Source: Clostridia bacterium
GTDB taxonomy: Bacteria; Bacillota; Clostridia; TANB77; UBA1234
Length of the DNA stretch: 64,000 nt
Assembly: GCA_017469465.1 (NCBI GenBank)
Contig: JAFUGH010000018.1
Coordinates: forward strand, 31,149-95,148
Reading direction: 5' to 3'
A program made the position numbers and the translations under genes. Shown piece by piece: positions 18,992 to 29,023 of this stretch. The notes beneath the pieces were generated by a model. That model worked only from the letters and a program-made list of their open reading frames with translations, searched no databases and had not been told where the DNA came from. Positions within the stretch are counted from its first letter, which is position 1. Every line of letters starts with the position of its first letter.

Positions 18992-19501
18992 CTAAGCTCC
19001 TGCTTCTTCTTTTTGTTGTCTTAATTGGTCTAAAACTACTGCAACATTTCTGATGTTTGCAAGTAAAGCTGTAGCAACTTGAGTAAGAAGCATTTCTCTT
19101 GAAGGAAGTTTAGCAAGTTTGATAATTTCTTCTGCTTCAATAACTTTACCATCCATGATTCCACCTTTGATTTTGTAGAAATCATTATCTTTTGCAAAGT
19201 TATATAAAATTTTAGCTGGTCCAACATAATCTTCATCACTGAAAATTATTGCTGTTGGTCCTTCTAACTTTTCAGAAATTTCTTCATAATCTGTTCCTTT
19301 TACTGCAAATCTTAATGTTGAGTTTTTGGCAACTAGGTATTCTGTGTTTTCGTCTTTTCTAAGCTCAGCTCTGATATTAGTAACATCAGTAACATTAATT
19401 CCCCTATAGTCAACTAAAACTACAAGTTTTGCTTTCGAAAATTTTTCTTTTAATGATTCAACATCACTTTGTTTTTTAGCTAGTACTTTTGCGTTTGGCA
19501 T
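18992..19501 (-). CDS. rplJ: 50S ribosomal protein L10
   Basis: 169 aa. Conserved L10 sequence and position upstream of rplL. Confidence 0.95.
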   Translation of the reverse strand: MPNAKVLAKKQSDVESLKEKFSKAKLVVLVDYRGINVTDVTNIRAELRKDENTEYLVAKNSTLRFAVKGTDYEEISEKLEGPTAIIFSDEDYVGPAKILYNFAKDNDFYKIKGGIMDGKVIEAEEIIKLAKLPSREMLLTQVATALLANIRNVAVVLDQLRQQKEEAGA

Positions 19502-19663
19502 AAATACACCTCCTTGTATAATAGTTTTATTTTTATTAGTTTAAAACAAAACTGACATCTCCACCGAAGCAGAAATGTCAGTTTATATCCGATCATTTAT
19601 CTACCTCGGTAGGAGCATTTTACACTTACTAAATAAGTGACCTACTGTCTCAGGTTATACTAT
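19502..19663 (-). promoter_or_regulatory. rplJ 5' leader with an attenuator-like hairpin (candidate L10 leader)
   Basis: 162-nt rplA-rplJ spacer. The minus-strand RNA has hairpin ACUGACAUUUCUGC UUCG GUGGAGAUGUCAGU followed by UUUUGUUUU. Position matches the Bacillota L10 leader. Confidence 0.55.
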
Positions 19664-20344
19664 TTACATTCTTATAGAAACACTTGGACTCATTGTACTA
19701 GAAACATAAATGCTTCTAATATATTGACCTTTTGCAGCAGCTGGTTTAGCTTTGATGATAGCATTTAACAATGCATCATAATTTTCTACTAATTTTTCTG
19801 CTCCAAAAGACATCTTGCCAATTGGACAATGTATGATATTGTTTTTGTCCAATCTATATTCAATCTTACCTGATTTGATATCAGCGACTGCTTTAGCAAC
19901 ATCCATTGTAACTGTTCCTGACTTTGGATTTGGCATTAATCCTTTAGGTCCTAAAACCTTACCAAGTCTACCAATAATACCCATCATATCTGGTGTAGCA
20001 ACGATTACATCATAGTCAAACCAGTTTTCTTTTTCTATTCTAGGAACTAACTCTTCTGCTCCTACAAAATCTGCTCCAGCATTTTCAGCTTCTTTAGCTT
20101 TATCTCCTTTGGCAAATACTAAAACTCTTTGTGTCTTACCAGTTCCATGAGGTAATACAATAACACCTCTAACTTGTTGATCAGCATGCTTTGAATCAAC
20201 ACCTAGTTTAAAATGAGCCTCAATAGTTTCATCGAACTTAGCTTTTGGCATTTTTTCGATTAATTCGAAAGCAGCTTTTGCTTCATAAGATTCACCTTTA
20301 TTGATAAGCTTTAAACTTTCTTGATATTTTTTTCCTCTTTTCAT
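19664..20344 (-). CDS. rplA: 50S ribosomal protein L1
   Basis: Start moved to MKRGKKY (ATG at 20344, AAGGAGG RBS). Conserved L1 sequence. Confidence 0.95.
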   Translation of the reverse strand: MKRGKKYQESLKLINKGESYEAKAAFELIEKMPKAKFDETIEAHFKLGVDSKHADQQVRGVIVLPHGTGKTQRVLVFAKGDKAKEAENAGADFVGAEELVPRIEKENWFDYDVIVATPDMMGIIGRLGKVLGPKGLMPNPKSGTVTMDVAKAVADIKSGKIEYRLDKNNIIHCPIGKMSFGAEKLVENYDALLNAIIKAKPAAAKGQYIRSIYVSSTMSPSVSIRM

Positions 20345-20396
20345 TTCTTTACCTCCTTTGGTTTTAACGAAATTCACTAAGAATTTCTCCCATTTT

Positions 20397-20431
20397 ATGG
20401 AGCATACTGTGCTCCTCTACAAACGTAGCAT
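20397..20431. repeat. Family-A unit plus a small CTAC/GTAG hairpin
   Basis: ATGGAGCATACTGTGCTCCTCTACAAACGTAGCAT in the rplK-rplA spacer. Confidence 0.8.
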
Positions 20432-20448
20432 ATCACATTATTGTGAAA

Positions 20449-20877
20449 CTAACCTTCTACAACAATACCCATTGAACGAGCTGTACCTTTAACCATGCTC
20501 ATTGCAGCCTCAAGGCTACCAGCATTAAGATCTTGCATCTTTTGTTTAGCAATCTCTTCAACTGTTGCACTTGTAACTTTAGCTACTTTATCTCTATTAG
20601 GTTTTGCAGAACCTTTTTCGATTTTAGCAGCTTTCATTAATAAGTCAGCAACTGGTGGTACTTTTGTTACGAATGTAAAAGACTTATCTTGATATACAGA
20701 AATAACAACTGGGATTGTCATACCAGGTTGATTAGCTGTTCTATCGTTAAACTCCTTTACGAATTGCATAATATTAACACCTGATGAACCAAGTGCTGGA
20801 CCAACTGGTGGAGCTGGTGTAGCTTTACCTGCTGGGATTTGCAATTTAATAATATTTGTAACTTTCTTCTCTGCCAT
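20449..20877 (-). CDS. rplK: 50S ribosomal protein L11
   Basis: 142 aa. [16 protein letters not shown] signature. Confidence 0.97.
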   Translation of the reverse strand: MAEKKVTNIIKLQIPAGKATPAPPVGPALGSSGVNIMQFVKEFNDRTANQPGMTIPVVISVYQDKSFTFVTKVPPVADLLMKAAKIEKGSAKPNRDKVAKVTSATVEEIAKQKMQDLNAGSLEAAMSMVKGTARSMGIVVEG

Positions 20878-20898
20878 TTATTACACCTCCTATTTTTC

Positions 20899-20955
20899 AT
20901 GGCGAACACTGTTCGCCGCTACAACACATCATTCGTAGCGGAGCACAGTGTGCTC
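20899..20955. repeat. Family-A head-to-head doublet
   Basis: ATGGCGAACACTGTTCGCC-GCTAC-(11 nt)-GTAGC-GGAGCACAGTGTGCTCC, between nusG and the rplK RBS. Confidence 0.85.
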
Positions 20956-20963
20956 CAAAGTTT

Positions 20964-21503
20964 TTACATTTTTTGTATTTGTGAAAATTCTAGTTCTACA
21001 GGAGTTTCTCTTCCAAACATAGATACTAAAACTCTTACTTTCTCTTTCTCCATATTGATTTCTTCAACGACACCAATAAAACTTTCTAATGGACCAGCCA
21101 CAATTTTAACAGTGTCACCTACTTCATAATTAATATTAACAGGCATTTTTTCAAATCCCATGTTACGAATTTCTTCCGGAGTAAGTGGAACTGGTTTGCC
21201 TCCTGCTCCAACAAAGCCTGTAACACCCCTAACATTTCTAACGATGTACCAAGACTCTTCTGTTAAAATCATCTTAATTAATACATAACCAGGAAATACT
21301 TTTCGAAGTGTTGTTTTCTTCTTGTCATCTTTAATTTCGATTTGTTCCTCCATTGGTACAACAACTTCTTGAACAAGATGTTGTAACCCTCTATTATCTA
21401 CTGCCTTTTCTAAAGTATCTTTTACTTTATTTTCATAACCAGAGTAAGTATGTACAACATACCATTTAGCTGTTTCTGTAGTATTTGTATTATCTTGAGG
21501 CAA
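20964..21503 (-). CDS. nusG: Transcription termination/antitermination protein NusG
   Basis: 179 aa. TTG start 7 nt after AAGGAGG. NGN domain (WYVVHTYSGYENKV) and KOW motif. Confidence 0.93.
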   Translation of the reverse strand: MPQDNTNTTETAKWYVVHTYSGYENKVKDTLEKAVDNRGLQHLVQEVVVPMEEQIEIKDDKKKTTLRKVFPGYVLIKMILTEESWYIVRNVRGVTGFVGAGGKPVPLTPEEIRNMGFEKMPVNINYEVGDTVKIVAGPLESFIGVVEEINMEKEKVRVLVSMFGRETPVELEFSQIQKM

Positions 21504-21526
21504 TGTTATTCCTCCTTTTAATTTAA

Positions 21527-21892
21527 TTATTCTCCAGAAGTTTCCACAACTGGTTCTGACTCTTCCTCATTCACTATTGTCTCTTCTATAGGATTTTCAA
21601 CCGAAGTTTCTTCTCCAGAAGTTGTATTTCCATCTACTTTTTCTACTTCACCAGAGCTAATTACGACATTATTTATAACATCTTCATGACTTAAGCTTCT
21701 AATCCAAAGATTACTTAACCAGTTAAAAAACAAATTGAAAACTATAAGCACAAGAGAAACCATAATAACAAATGCTATTGTAGCAAAAGTACTTTTAACT
21801 GTTTGCTCTCCTGTAGGCCAAATAACTTTTTTTAATTCTAATTTCATGCCTTTCAAGAAGCCTTTTTTCTTGACATTTTTATCCTCAGCCAT
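21527..21892 (-). CDS. secE: Preprotein translocase subunit SecE with an acidic C-terminal extension
   Basis: MAEDKNV... with a single TM helix and the conserved ELKKVIWPT motif. About 60 extra E/S/T-rich residues. Position between rpmG and nusG. Confidence 0.85.
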   Translation of the reverse strand: MAEDKNVKKKGFLKGMKLELKKVIWPTGEQTVKSTFATIAFVIMVSLVLIVFNLFFNWLSNLWIRSLSHEDVINNVVISSGEVEKVDGNTTSGEETSVENPIEETIVNEEESEPVVETSGE

Positions 21893-21916
21893 ATTTTTCA
21901 CACCTTTACTATTATA

Positions 21917-22066
21917 TTATTTAGTTTCTTTGTGTACTGTATGCTTTCTACAGAATTTACAATATTTCGTTAATTCAATTCTGTCTGGATCATTTTTCTT
22001 GTTCTTTTTTGTATCATAATTTCTTTGTTTGCATTCTGTACATGCTAATGTAATTCTATCTCTCAT
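21917..22066 (-). CDS. rpmG: 50S ribosomal protein L33 (C+ zinc form), 49 aa
   Basis: Translated by hand: [59 protein letters not shown]. Below the ORF-track cutoff. Confidence 0.9.
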   Translation of the reverse strand: MRDRITLACTECKQRNYDTKKNKKNDPDRIELTKYCKFCRKHTVHKETK

Positions 22067-22149
22067 TTTCTACACCTCCGTAGGTTTTTCTTATCTGCCA
22101 CTAATTCTTTCAACTTAAAAAAAGAACCTTTTACGTGGTTCGCTAGCTA

Positions 22150-22178
22150 ATTCTACCATGTTTTCTATGTTTTGTCAA
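22150..22178 (-). promoter_or_regulatory. Sigma-70-type promoter for rpmG-secE-nusG
   Basis: On the minus strand: TTGACA, 17-nt spacer, TGgTAGAAT (extended -10). Confidence 0.6.
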
Positions 22179-22228
22179 CACTTTTTGCTAAAAAGTGCCT
22201 TGGGAAATAAGTACAAAATGTAAGGCGA

Positions 22229-23341
22229 CTATTTGCCGCCTACACACTCCTTATATATTTCTTCTGCATCATCCACCATTTTATCAATTGAATAATGCGC
22301 TTTCACAATATTTCTTCCATATTCTCCTAGCCTTTTTTTCTCTTCAAAACTCATATTATACACTTTCATAATAGCTTCAAAAAGCTTCTCTTCTGTTACG
22401 TCCTCACAGTCTCTACAACAAAAGTTCGTTGCAATTGCTTGTTCTTTTTTCTCTTTATCAAACACACCAATAAAGCCTTGAGCATATGCTTTATTTCCAG
22501 CCAAAATTATTGGCAATTCGCAAGACATAGCTTCTAATGCAGCTCTGCTCACTCCCACAAACAAATCCGAGCATTTTAATATCTCCGACACATCTGTCCT
22601 AAGTCCCGTCATGACAATGTCATGTTCTTTTCCTGCTAATAGTTTTACGTTTTTATAATTATCTCCATCTCCAACAATAATCAATTGAACATTACCACTT
22701 GTTTCTTTTTTTACTTTATCAAAAATTTTTATTAACATTTCTGCTATATTGGAAGATTCTTTATCCAATCTACTCACATGAATAATGTGAAATTTTTCAT
22801 TATCAATACCTAAGTTAGTTCTAATCTCATCACTATTTGTCTTGCAAAAAGTTGTTGTGTTTATGCCATTTACTGTAACCTTAATATTTTTCTCCTTTAC
22901 TTTGTAATCAGCCATAATCTCTTTTTTTATATCTTCACTAACTGCTAATGTTTTTTGCCCCCAATTGGTCAAAATCTTAAGAATAAAATTAACTCTATAT
23001 ATTCCATGAGATGTCGTCACAAATGGAATATGCATTTTTTTACAGGCCTTGGAAGCAATGAAGGCTGGAATTCTTGCATGTGCGTGTACAATATCTATTT
23101 GTTTTTCATTTATTACCTTTTCAATTAGCTTATACGATTTAAGCATATTCTTCGGATGTTTATCTTTTAACGGTGCAAAAATATGCGAAATTCCTATTTT
23201 TTCAAGCATTTCCGCATATCTTCCTCCTGCTGACATTACATACACATTGTGATTTCTTCTTTTCAATTCTCTTGCCAATTCAAAAATATGAGTTTCTGCC
23301 CCACCAATTTGCATTTCCATTGTAACCAAAAGAATGTTCAT
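22229..23341 (-). CDS. Glycosyltransferase family 4
   Basis: 370 aa. GT-B fold pattern (GGAETHIFELAREL N-terminus, C-terminal E-x7-E-like region SRAALEAMSCELP). Confidence 0.8.
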   Translation of the reverse strand: MNILLVTMEMQIGGAETHIFELARELKRRNHNVYVMSAGGRYAEMLEKIGISHIFAPLKDKHPKNMLKSYKLIEKVINEKQIDIVHAHARIPAFIASKACKKMHIPFVTTSHGIYRVNFILKILTNWGQKTLAVSEDIKKEIMADYKVKEKNIKVTVNGINTTTFCKTNSDEIRTNLGIDNEKFHIIHVSRLDKESSNIAEMLIKIFDKVKKETSGNVQLIIVGDGDNYKNVKLLAGKEHDIVMTGLRTDVSEILKCSDLFVGVSRAALEAMSCELPIILAGNKAYAQGFIGVFDKEKKEQAIATNFCCRDCEDVTEEKLFEAIMKVYNMSFEEKKRLGEYGRNIVKAHYSIDKMVDDAEEIYKECVGGK

Positions 23342-23344
23342 CTC

Positions 23345-23839
23345 TTATTCTCCCTCAGTATATTTTATGCTACCAATTTTTCCTAAAGTCGTAGTATAAA
23401 GTGTCTCAATATTTTTTTCGCTTCCAACTTTTAATTCTACACTTTTATTAGCAAAATAAGAACTATTGGTTGAAGAACCAGGTGTTTCAATTGTTAAAAT
23501 AATATCCTTTTTATATGGATTTTCCGCTATAATAGTTTTTCCATTTGATAGACTTCTTATAATTTGAGCGTTTCTTGATTCTACATTTACGATCTTTCCA
23601 ATATTAATGTCTGTCAAACTATCAAAAACACTATCACCAGATTGAAATGCAGATAAACTATAACTTCTAACATTTCCTATAACAACAGTATACGTTATTT
23701 TCCCTGAAGAATTAGACTCTACCGCTTTATTGAATGTTCTAAATTTTGAAACTCCAGCAATAATCATAACGAGTATTAATATAATAATAAGAGCATCAAA
23801 TAAATTAATTTTACCAAATAATTTTCCGTCTTTTATCAT
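23345..23839 (-). CDS. DUF4330-like membrane-anchored protein
   Basis: 164 aa. N-terminal GKINLFDALIIILIL anchor followed by a beta-rich domain. Resembles the C-terminus of the upstream gene product. Confidence 0.6.
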   Translation of the reverse strand: MIKDGKLFGKINLFDALIIILILVMIIAGVSKFRTFNKAVESNSSGKITYTVVIGNVRSYSLSAFQSGDSVFDSLTDINIGKIVNVESRNAQIIRSLSNGKTIIAENPYKKDIILTIETPGSSTNSSYFANKSVELKVGSEKNIETLYTTTLGKIGSIKYTEGE

Positions 23840-23847
23840 TTCTTCAC

Positions 23848-25437
23848 CTATCTTTCAATTGAAACTATATAGCCAGTTCCTGCATATCCTTTTCCTTTAA
23901 TAAAAGCTTCCTTACCCACTTTAACAATATAATCACCAACAAAAATATTTTGATCAGTATAATAAGCATCAGCTTCTACTGTAAGTAAAATGTCAATATA
24001 ATCTTCACGTGGTAATTCGGTTAGCTCATATGTTCCATTCGTTAAATTAAGTTCAGATCTTTCGGAAGAAAGTATCTCTTTTTTGGATACAATTCCAATT
24101 GGATAATTCTTAATACTATCATATAAAACTGTTCCCTCTGCAATCATATCATATGTTTCAGGAAAAGATTCATTCGTTCTAACCTGATACACAATTTTCG
24201 TTGTATTTCTTGGTGCTATAACTGTTTCTTTTTTATTGATATAGCTATATCCAAACACACATGCAACAATAACCACTAATATTATTACTGCATCAAGCAC
24301 ATTTATTTTCTTTATTCTTGGTTCTGATGCCATTTCTTCATAAATCCTTTCAATATTTTTGGTGTATATGTCTACTGTAAATTTTTCCTCATATATCTCT
24401 ACACACCTTTTATGCATATATTTTTTTAAATCATCATTTGTCAATATTCTTATAATGCTATCAGCTGTATCTCTCGGAGATTTAATTGGAACTAAATAAC
24501 CATTTTCGCCATTTTTTATTACTCCTGGATTTCCACCGTAATCTGTAACAACAGCTGGAATACCAATACTCATGCCTTCTAGCAAAGCAAGACTCGTTGC
24601 TTCTGTTCCGTAAGAACAATTTACTTGAACATCAAATATATTGATATAATCTTGCACATTTTCGATAAATCCTGTAAAAATAATACTTTTTTCAATGCCT
24701 AATCTTTTTACCTTTTCTTTTAATTGTTCTTCAATGCTACCAGTTCCAAGAATTAAAAATTTAGCTTTAATCTTTTTCTCATCCAAAATCAACTTTGCTG
24801 CATCAATAAAAAACTCATGTCCCTTAATCGGTTCAAGTCTTGCTAATATTCCCACCACATATTCATCATCTTTTATTCCGAGTTTGTGTTTTAATTGAAG
24901 TTTTGATTCTTCACTTGTTTCTGCAATTCTTTGAACACCATTTAATATAACATCTATTTTTTCATCTGAAACTCCACTATCTATCAAATTTTCTTTTGCT
25001 GCTTCAGCAACAGCAATTATTCTATCAGATAACGTTTCATTTACAAATTTATAAAAAAACCTACCAACAATACTTTTTGTCCAACCGCTTAATGGAAAAA
25101 CAGAATGCCTCGTATATACTACTTTGCAGTCCTTCACAAATCTTGCTGCAAGTCTAGCCGTAAAAGAAGAATGCGTATGTACAATATCCGGAGCTTCCTC
25201 TCTTAAAACTTTAATCAAAGGCCATAAAGCTTTGATATCCCACGACTTATCCTTGATTCCATCTAATTCAATTATTTTAACGCCAGTATCTTTAAGTTTT
25301 TCAACAAGCTTACTACCTCTTGGCAAAACAATTGTTATTTCAAATTTATTTTTATCGAAATTGCTACATAAATTAATCAAACATTTCCCTGCTCCACCAA
25401 TATTAGTGTCACTAACTACATTAACAATTTTGATCAT
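23848..25437 (-). CDS. Glycosyltransferase family 4 fused to a TM helix and a DUF4330-like C-terminal domain
   Basis: 529 aa. GT4 core (GGAGKCLINL..., EATSLALLEGMSIGIPAV), then INVLDAVIILVVIVACV and a beta-rich tail. Confidence 0.75.
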   Translation of the reverse strand: MIKIVNVVSDTNIGGAGKCLINLCSNFDKNKFEITIVLPRGSKLVEKLKDTGVKIIELDGIKDKSWDIKALWPLIKVLREEAPDIVHTHSSFTARLAARFVKDCKVVYTRHSVFPLSGWTKSIVGRFFYKFVNETLSDRIIAVAEAAKENLIDSGVSDEKIDVILNGVQRIAETSEESKLQLKHKLGIKDDEYVVGILARLEPIKGHEFFIDAAKLILDEKKIKAKFLILGTGSIEEQLKEKVKRLGIEKSIIFTGFIENVQDYINIFDVQVNCSYGTEATSLALLEGMSIGIPAVVTDYGGNPGVIKNGENGYLVPIKSPRDTADSIIRILTNDDLKKYMHKRCVEIYEEKFTVDIYTKNIERIYEEMASEPRIKKINVLDAVIILVVIVACVFGYSYINKKETVIAPRNTTKIVYQVRTNESFPETYDMIAEGTVLYDSIKNYPIGIVSKKEILSSERSELNLTNGTYELTELPREDYIDILLTVEADAYYTDQNIFVGDYIVKVGKEAFIKGKGYAGTGYIVSIER

Positions 25438-26845
25438 TTTCTTTCTCCTTCAAATTAATTTTGGATGCCGTAACTGTTAATCCTACAATCACCCAAAATA
25501 TTAAAACTACTCTATAGTTATACCATGTGTGGTCTGTCATACTTTGAAGCAAAAATCCCATCATTCCTGTCATAAGACCTCCTAGTATAATATCTTTCTT
25601 TGCCTTCATACTAATGATTGCCATTTTAAAATAGTTATACATTACACCAATCATAACTGCAAACCCAACAATTCCAAATTCAACAATCAGTTGCAAATAT
25701 AAATTATGAGAATGTGGAGCTTTAATATTGTTATATGAATATAATGGATAGATTGTATTAAAACTTGTAATTCCCATTCCTACACCGGAAATCCAATAAT
25801 CTTTAAGCATGGACAATGTTCCCATCCATATATACACACGATAGGATGTTGAAGTGTCCTCCATATTTCCAATGCTAGTAAATCTACTAATGATGGTATC
25901 TGGCAATATGAATGGTGATAATAGAAGAAGTAAAATACCTAAAAATATAAATCTTTTATCAATGATCAATGCAAGTATTGCAATTGAAAAAATAATGCCA
26001 AGCCAACATCCTCTTGAAAAGGTTAAAATAAGTGCTAATCCCATAATTCCAAGTGTAACCAATAAAAATAATTTTTTCTTCCAACCTTTTTCCGTCCAAA
26101 ACAATGAAACTGTAAATGGAATTATTAATAATAGATATTCCCCATAAACATTAGGATTTTCTAACGTTGAATAGACTCTCATTTTAATATCTTCAAACAT
26201 ATCTGAATCAAGCCATGCTTGAGAATACACATCGCCAAAAGCATATTGATATATACCATAAATAGCAGTAAATGTTCCGATTACTAGCATAACATATAAA
26301 ATTGTTTTTATTTGTTTACGTGTTGTAATTACATTAATTACTACAAAATAAAACATCACAAACGCAATCATAAGCATTGCTATTTTAATGCTTTCTGCCA
26401 TAGAAATTGAAATCAACGACGAAATAGCTATGACAATTGCAAAAGCGAATACCCAACTATTAATTCTATATCGTTTAAATTTAAAATCTTCATCTATACT
26501 CGCCATTAAAAGAAGTGATAACATAGATGCAATAGCCAAAACTAGCACCATCATTGTCGGAATTACCGGTGCTAATGCAATTGTTATCGTAGCCCAAATC
26601 AACGGTTTGGCAAAAATACTATTTTCAAATATTTTATCAAACTTTAACTTCCTAGCAATAATTCTAAGCCACTTTAATAGCCAATCTAACACTTTAACAA
26701 TAGTTGAAGATTCTATATTTTCGCGTTTAAATTTATCAGTCAAAAACGCCTGTACCAATATACTTTTATCTATTAGTTTTGTAAAGTAGCTTTTTAAAAA
26801 AGCTAGTATTTTATATATAAAACTTTGTTTTAAAATTTTCTCCAT
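25421..26845 (-). CDS. O-antigen ligase/polymerase (Wzy_C) family membrane protein
   Basis: 474 aa, polytopic. Characteristic FSRGCWLG loop region. Confidence 0.75.
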   Translation of the reverse strand: MEKILKQSFIYKILAFLKSYFTKLIDKSILVQAFLTDKFKRENIESSTIVKVLDWLLKWLRIIARKLKFDKIFENSIFAKPLIWATITIALAPVIPTMMVLVLAIASMLSLLLMASIDEDFKFKRYRINSWVFAFAIVIAISSLISISMAESIKIAMLMIAFVMFYFVVINVITTRKQIKTILYVMLVIGTFTAIYGIYQYAFGDVYSQAWLDSDMFEDIKMRVYSTLENPNVYGEYLLLIIPFTVSLFWTEKGWKKKLFLLVTLGIMGLALILTFSRGCWLGIIFSIAILALIIDKRFIFLGILLLLLSPFILPDTIISRFTSIGNMEDTSTSYRVYIWMGTLSMLKDYWISGVGMGITSFNTIYPLYSYNNIKAPHSHNLYLQLIVEFGIVGFAVMIGVMYNYFKMAIISMKAKKDIILGGLMTGMMGFLLQSMTDHTWYNYRVVLIFWVIVGLTVTASKINLKEKENDQNC

Positions 26846-26975
26846 TTCAACCTTATCTTCCTTAAAAACTTTATATCATTATATATCCAAATAAGAGTTT
26901 TTACAACTACTTAAATTATTTTTCTCATTTCTCTCAATTAGCAAATTAATAAATTCATTCTAGTTTAATAACATA

Positions 26976-27037
26976 ATGGAGCACGTTGTGCTCCTCTACA
27001 AATGATTCTTCCAGTAGAGAAGTACAGCGTACTCCAT
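26976..27037. repeat. Family-A head-to-head doublet
   Basis: ATGGAGCACGTTGTGCTCC-TCTAC-(14 nt)-GTAGA-GAAGTACAGCGTACTCC-AT. Confidence 0.8.
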
Positions 27038-27043
27038 AAATCA

Positions 27044-28039
27044 TTAATTATTCTTTGCAAAATTCCATGAATCTTTGCACATATCATCTAAAGTCTTAGT
27101 TGCAGACCAATTTAAAACTTCTCTTGCCTTGCCCGCATCCGCATAACATTCTGCAACATCCCCGTCTCGCCTTTCAGCAATTCTATATGGTACCTTGATG
27201 TTGTTCACTCTAGAAAACGTATTGACAATATCCAAAACAGAGTAGCCTACTCCTGTTCCTAAATTAAATATTTCTACTCCTCTATGCTTTTCAGCATATT
27301 CTATGGCATCTACATGACCTTTTGCTAAATCAACAACATGGATATAGTCTCTAACGCCCGTACCATCTTTCGTAGGATAATCATTGCCAAACACATTAAG
27401 TTCAGGTAAAACTCCTTTTGCGACCTTTGTAATGTATGGCATTAAGTTATTCGGAATTCCATTTGGATCTTCTCCAATCAATCCACTCTCATGTGCACCA
27501 ATTGGATTAAAATACCTTAGTAGAACAACCGAAAACTTTGGATTAGCTCTCGTAACATCCGTTAATATTTGTTCATTCATTAGCTTGGTCCATCCGTATG
27601 GATTAGTGCATGACGTAGGCATACCTTCTTTTAAAGGCAACTTCTTTGGTATTCCGTAGACTGTCGCAGAAGAACTAAAAACCAAATTATTGACATCATA
27701 TTTTTTCATTGCTTCTACTATATTTAAGGTTGAATCTATATTATTCTTATAATATTCAATTGGCATTGTACATGATTCCCCAACTGCTTTTAAACCTGCG
27801 AAATGAATTACAGCATCAAAATGACATTCTTCAAACAATTTAAGTGTATCATTTTGATTGGTAAAATCAATTTCATGAAATTCAATTTTTTGCCCCACTA
27901 TTTGATTTATTTTTTCTAGTACATCTGGTTTGCTATTTGAAAAATTATCTCCAATTACAATTTCATGCCCTGCTTTTTTTAGTTCTATCGCCGTGTGCGA
28001 GCCAATATATCCAGCTCCACCTGTTAATAAAATTTTCAT
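27044..28039 (-). CDS. galE: UDP-glucose 4-epimerase
   Basis: 331 aa. GGAGYIGSH Rossmann motif and YxxxK (YGWTK). Confidence 0.92.
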   Translation of the reverse strand: MKILLTGGAGYIGSHTAIELKKAGHEIVIGDNFSNSKPDVLEKINQIVGQKIEFHEIDFTNQNDTLKLFEECHFDAVIHFAGLKAVGESCTMPIEYYKNNIDSTLNIVEAMKKYDVNNLVFSSSATVYGIPKKLPLKEGMPTSCTNPYGWTKLMNEQILTDVTRANPKFSVVLLRYFNPIGAHESGLIGEDPNGIPNNLMPYITKVAKGVLPELNVFGNDYPTKDGTGVRDYIHVVDLAKGHVDAIEYAEKHRGVEIFNLGTGVGYSVLDIVNTFSRVNNIKVPYRIAERRDGDVAECYADAGKAREVLNWSATKTLDDMCKDSWNFAKNN

Positions 28040-28060
28040 AACAAAACCTCCACAAAATCA

Positions 28061-29005
28061 TTATCTTTCTAAAAGTGGAAATTGTTGAAGCATATCCATT
28101 TTATATCTACCAGTTGCAGGATCTTGCCTAAATGTAATAAGTGTTTTATCCATTTCAGGTTCTAATTGCCTTAAATCTGTTGAATAATATACTTCAATTC
28201 CTTTCATTTCAGCATTAATTCTTTTGAACGCTTTAAAAATTTCAACGATATGTTCATCATCTTCACCAATGATAATTAATTGTGGCTTCTTATCAAATCC
28301 ACAATCTTTCGCTTGGAAATTTGCATAAAATTCTTCATATAATTTTATTTTTTCCATGAATTTTTCTTCCCATCCAGCATTTCTTCTGACAACCTCAAAT
28401 ACCACATCAACTTTGATATCGTCCTTTACAAGTACTACTTGACCTCCCGTTGCTTGAAATTTTATGTTTTGACGTTTTGCAAAAAGAGTAGGTTTTAAAA
28501 CAAATCCTCTAAAAGCTTTTACCTTTTGCATATATGCAATAATAGTTTGATTTCCAGCAAGTCTTCTCTTTAACATGTAAACTGGTTTCGTATTATCCGT
28601 TGGTTGCCATACAGTCTTAATATCTCTTGTATTTAATAAATATTTTCCGACTTTATCTAAGCAATAAACTCTATAAATTCCCTTACCTTCGTCACTTGAA
28701 AAATAATATCTTGTAATAATTTTACTTTTAATCATATCTTCCAATTTTTTATTAAGTTTATCCTGCGATTTTATTTCAATGCCCTTGTGTGTTAACATTT
28801 GAAATATTTGTCTAGATGTAATAAACTCAAAATCATTAATAATTTCCAAAATTTGAAAATGTAATTCATTGATATAGCCTTTATCAATCTTAAAAACTAC
28901 CTGATTGATTGAAGCATATCCATCCTTTCCATCAAAAACTTTGATTTCATTTTCCCTCATCGCAAATGGCGATTTAGGAGCTTTAATAGCATTATCTTCT
29001 ACCAT
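28061..29005 (-). CDS. Replication-relaxation (Replic_Relax)-like winged-helix protein
   Basis: Start moved to MVEDNAIK (ATG at 29005, GGAGG RBS). FQILEIINDFEFITSRQIFQML and RVYCLDKVGKYLL resemble the family pattern. Assignment is tentative. Confidence 0.45.
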   Translation of the reverse strand: MVEDNAIKAPKSPFAMRENEIKVFDGKDGYASINQVVFKIDKGYINELHFQILEIINDFEFITSRQIFQMLTHKGIEIKSQDKLNKKLEDMIKSKIITRYYFSSDEGKGIYRVYCLDKVGKYLLNTRDIKTVWQPTDNTKPVYMLKRRLAGNQTIIAYMQKVKAFRGFVLKPTLFAKRQNIKFQATGGQVVLVKDDIKVDVVFEVVRRNAGWEEKFMEKIKLYEEFYANFQAKDCGFDKKPQLIIIGEDDEHIVEIFKAFKRINAEMKGIEVYYSTDLRQLEPEMDKTLITFRQDPATGRYKMDMLQQFPLLER

Positions 29006-29023
29006 CTTATTTTCCTCCATTCA

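Noticed and set aside
28061-29020. Integrated plasmid, ICE or prophage remnant around the Replic_Relax-like gene
   Set aside because: There are no integrase, relaxase, conjugation, phage structural or att-like repeat features nearby. The flanking genes are housekeeping genes on the same strand.
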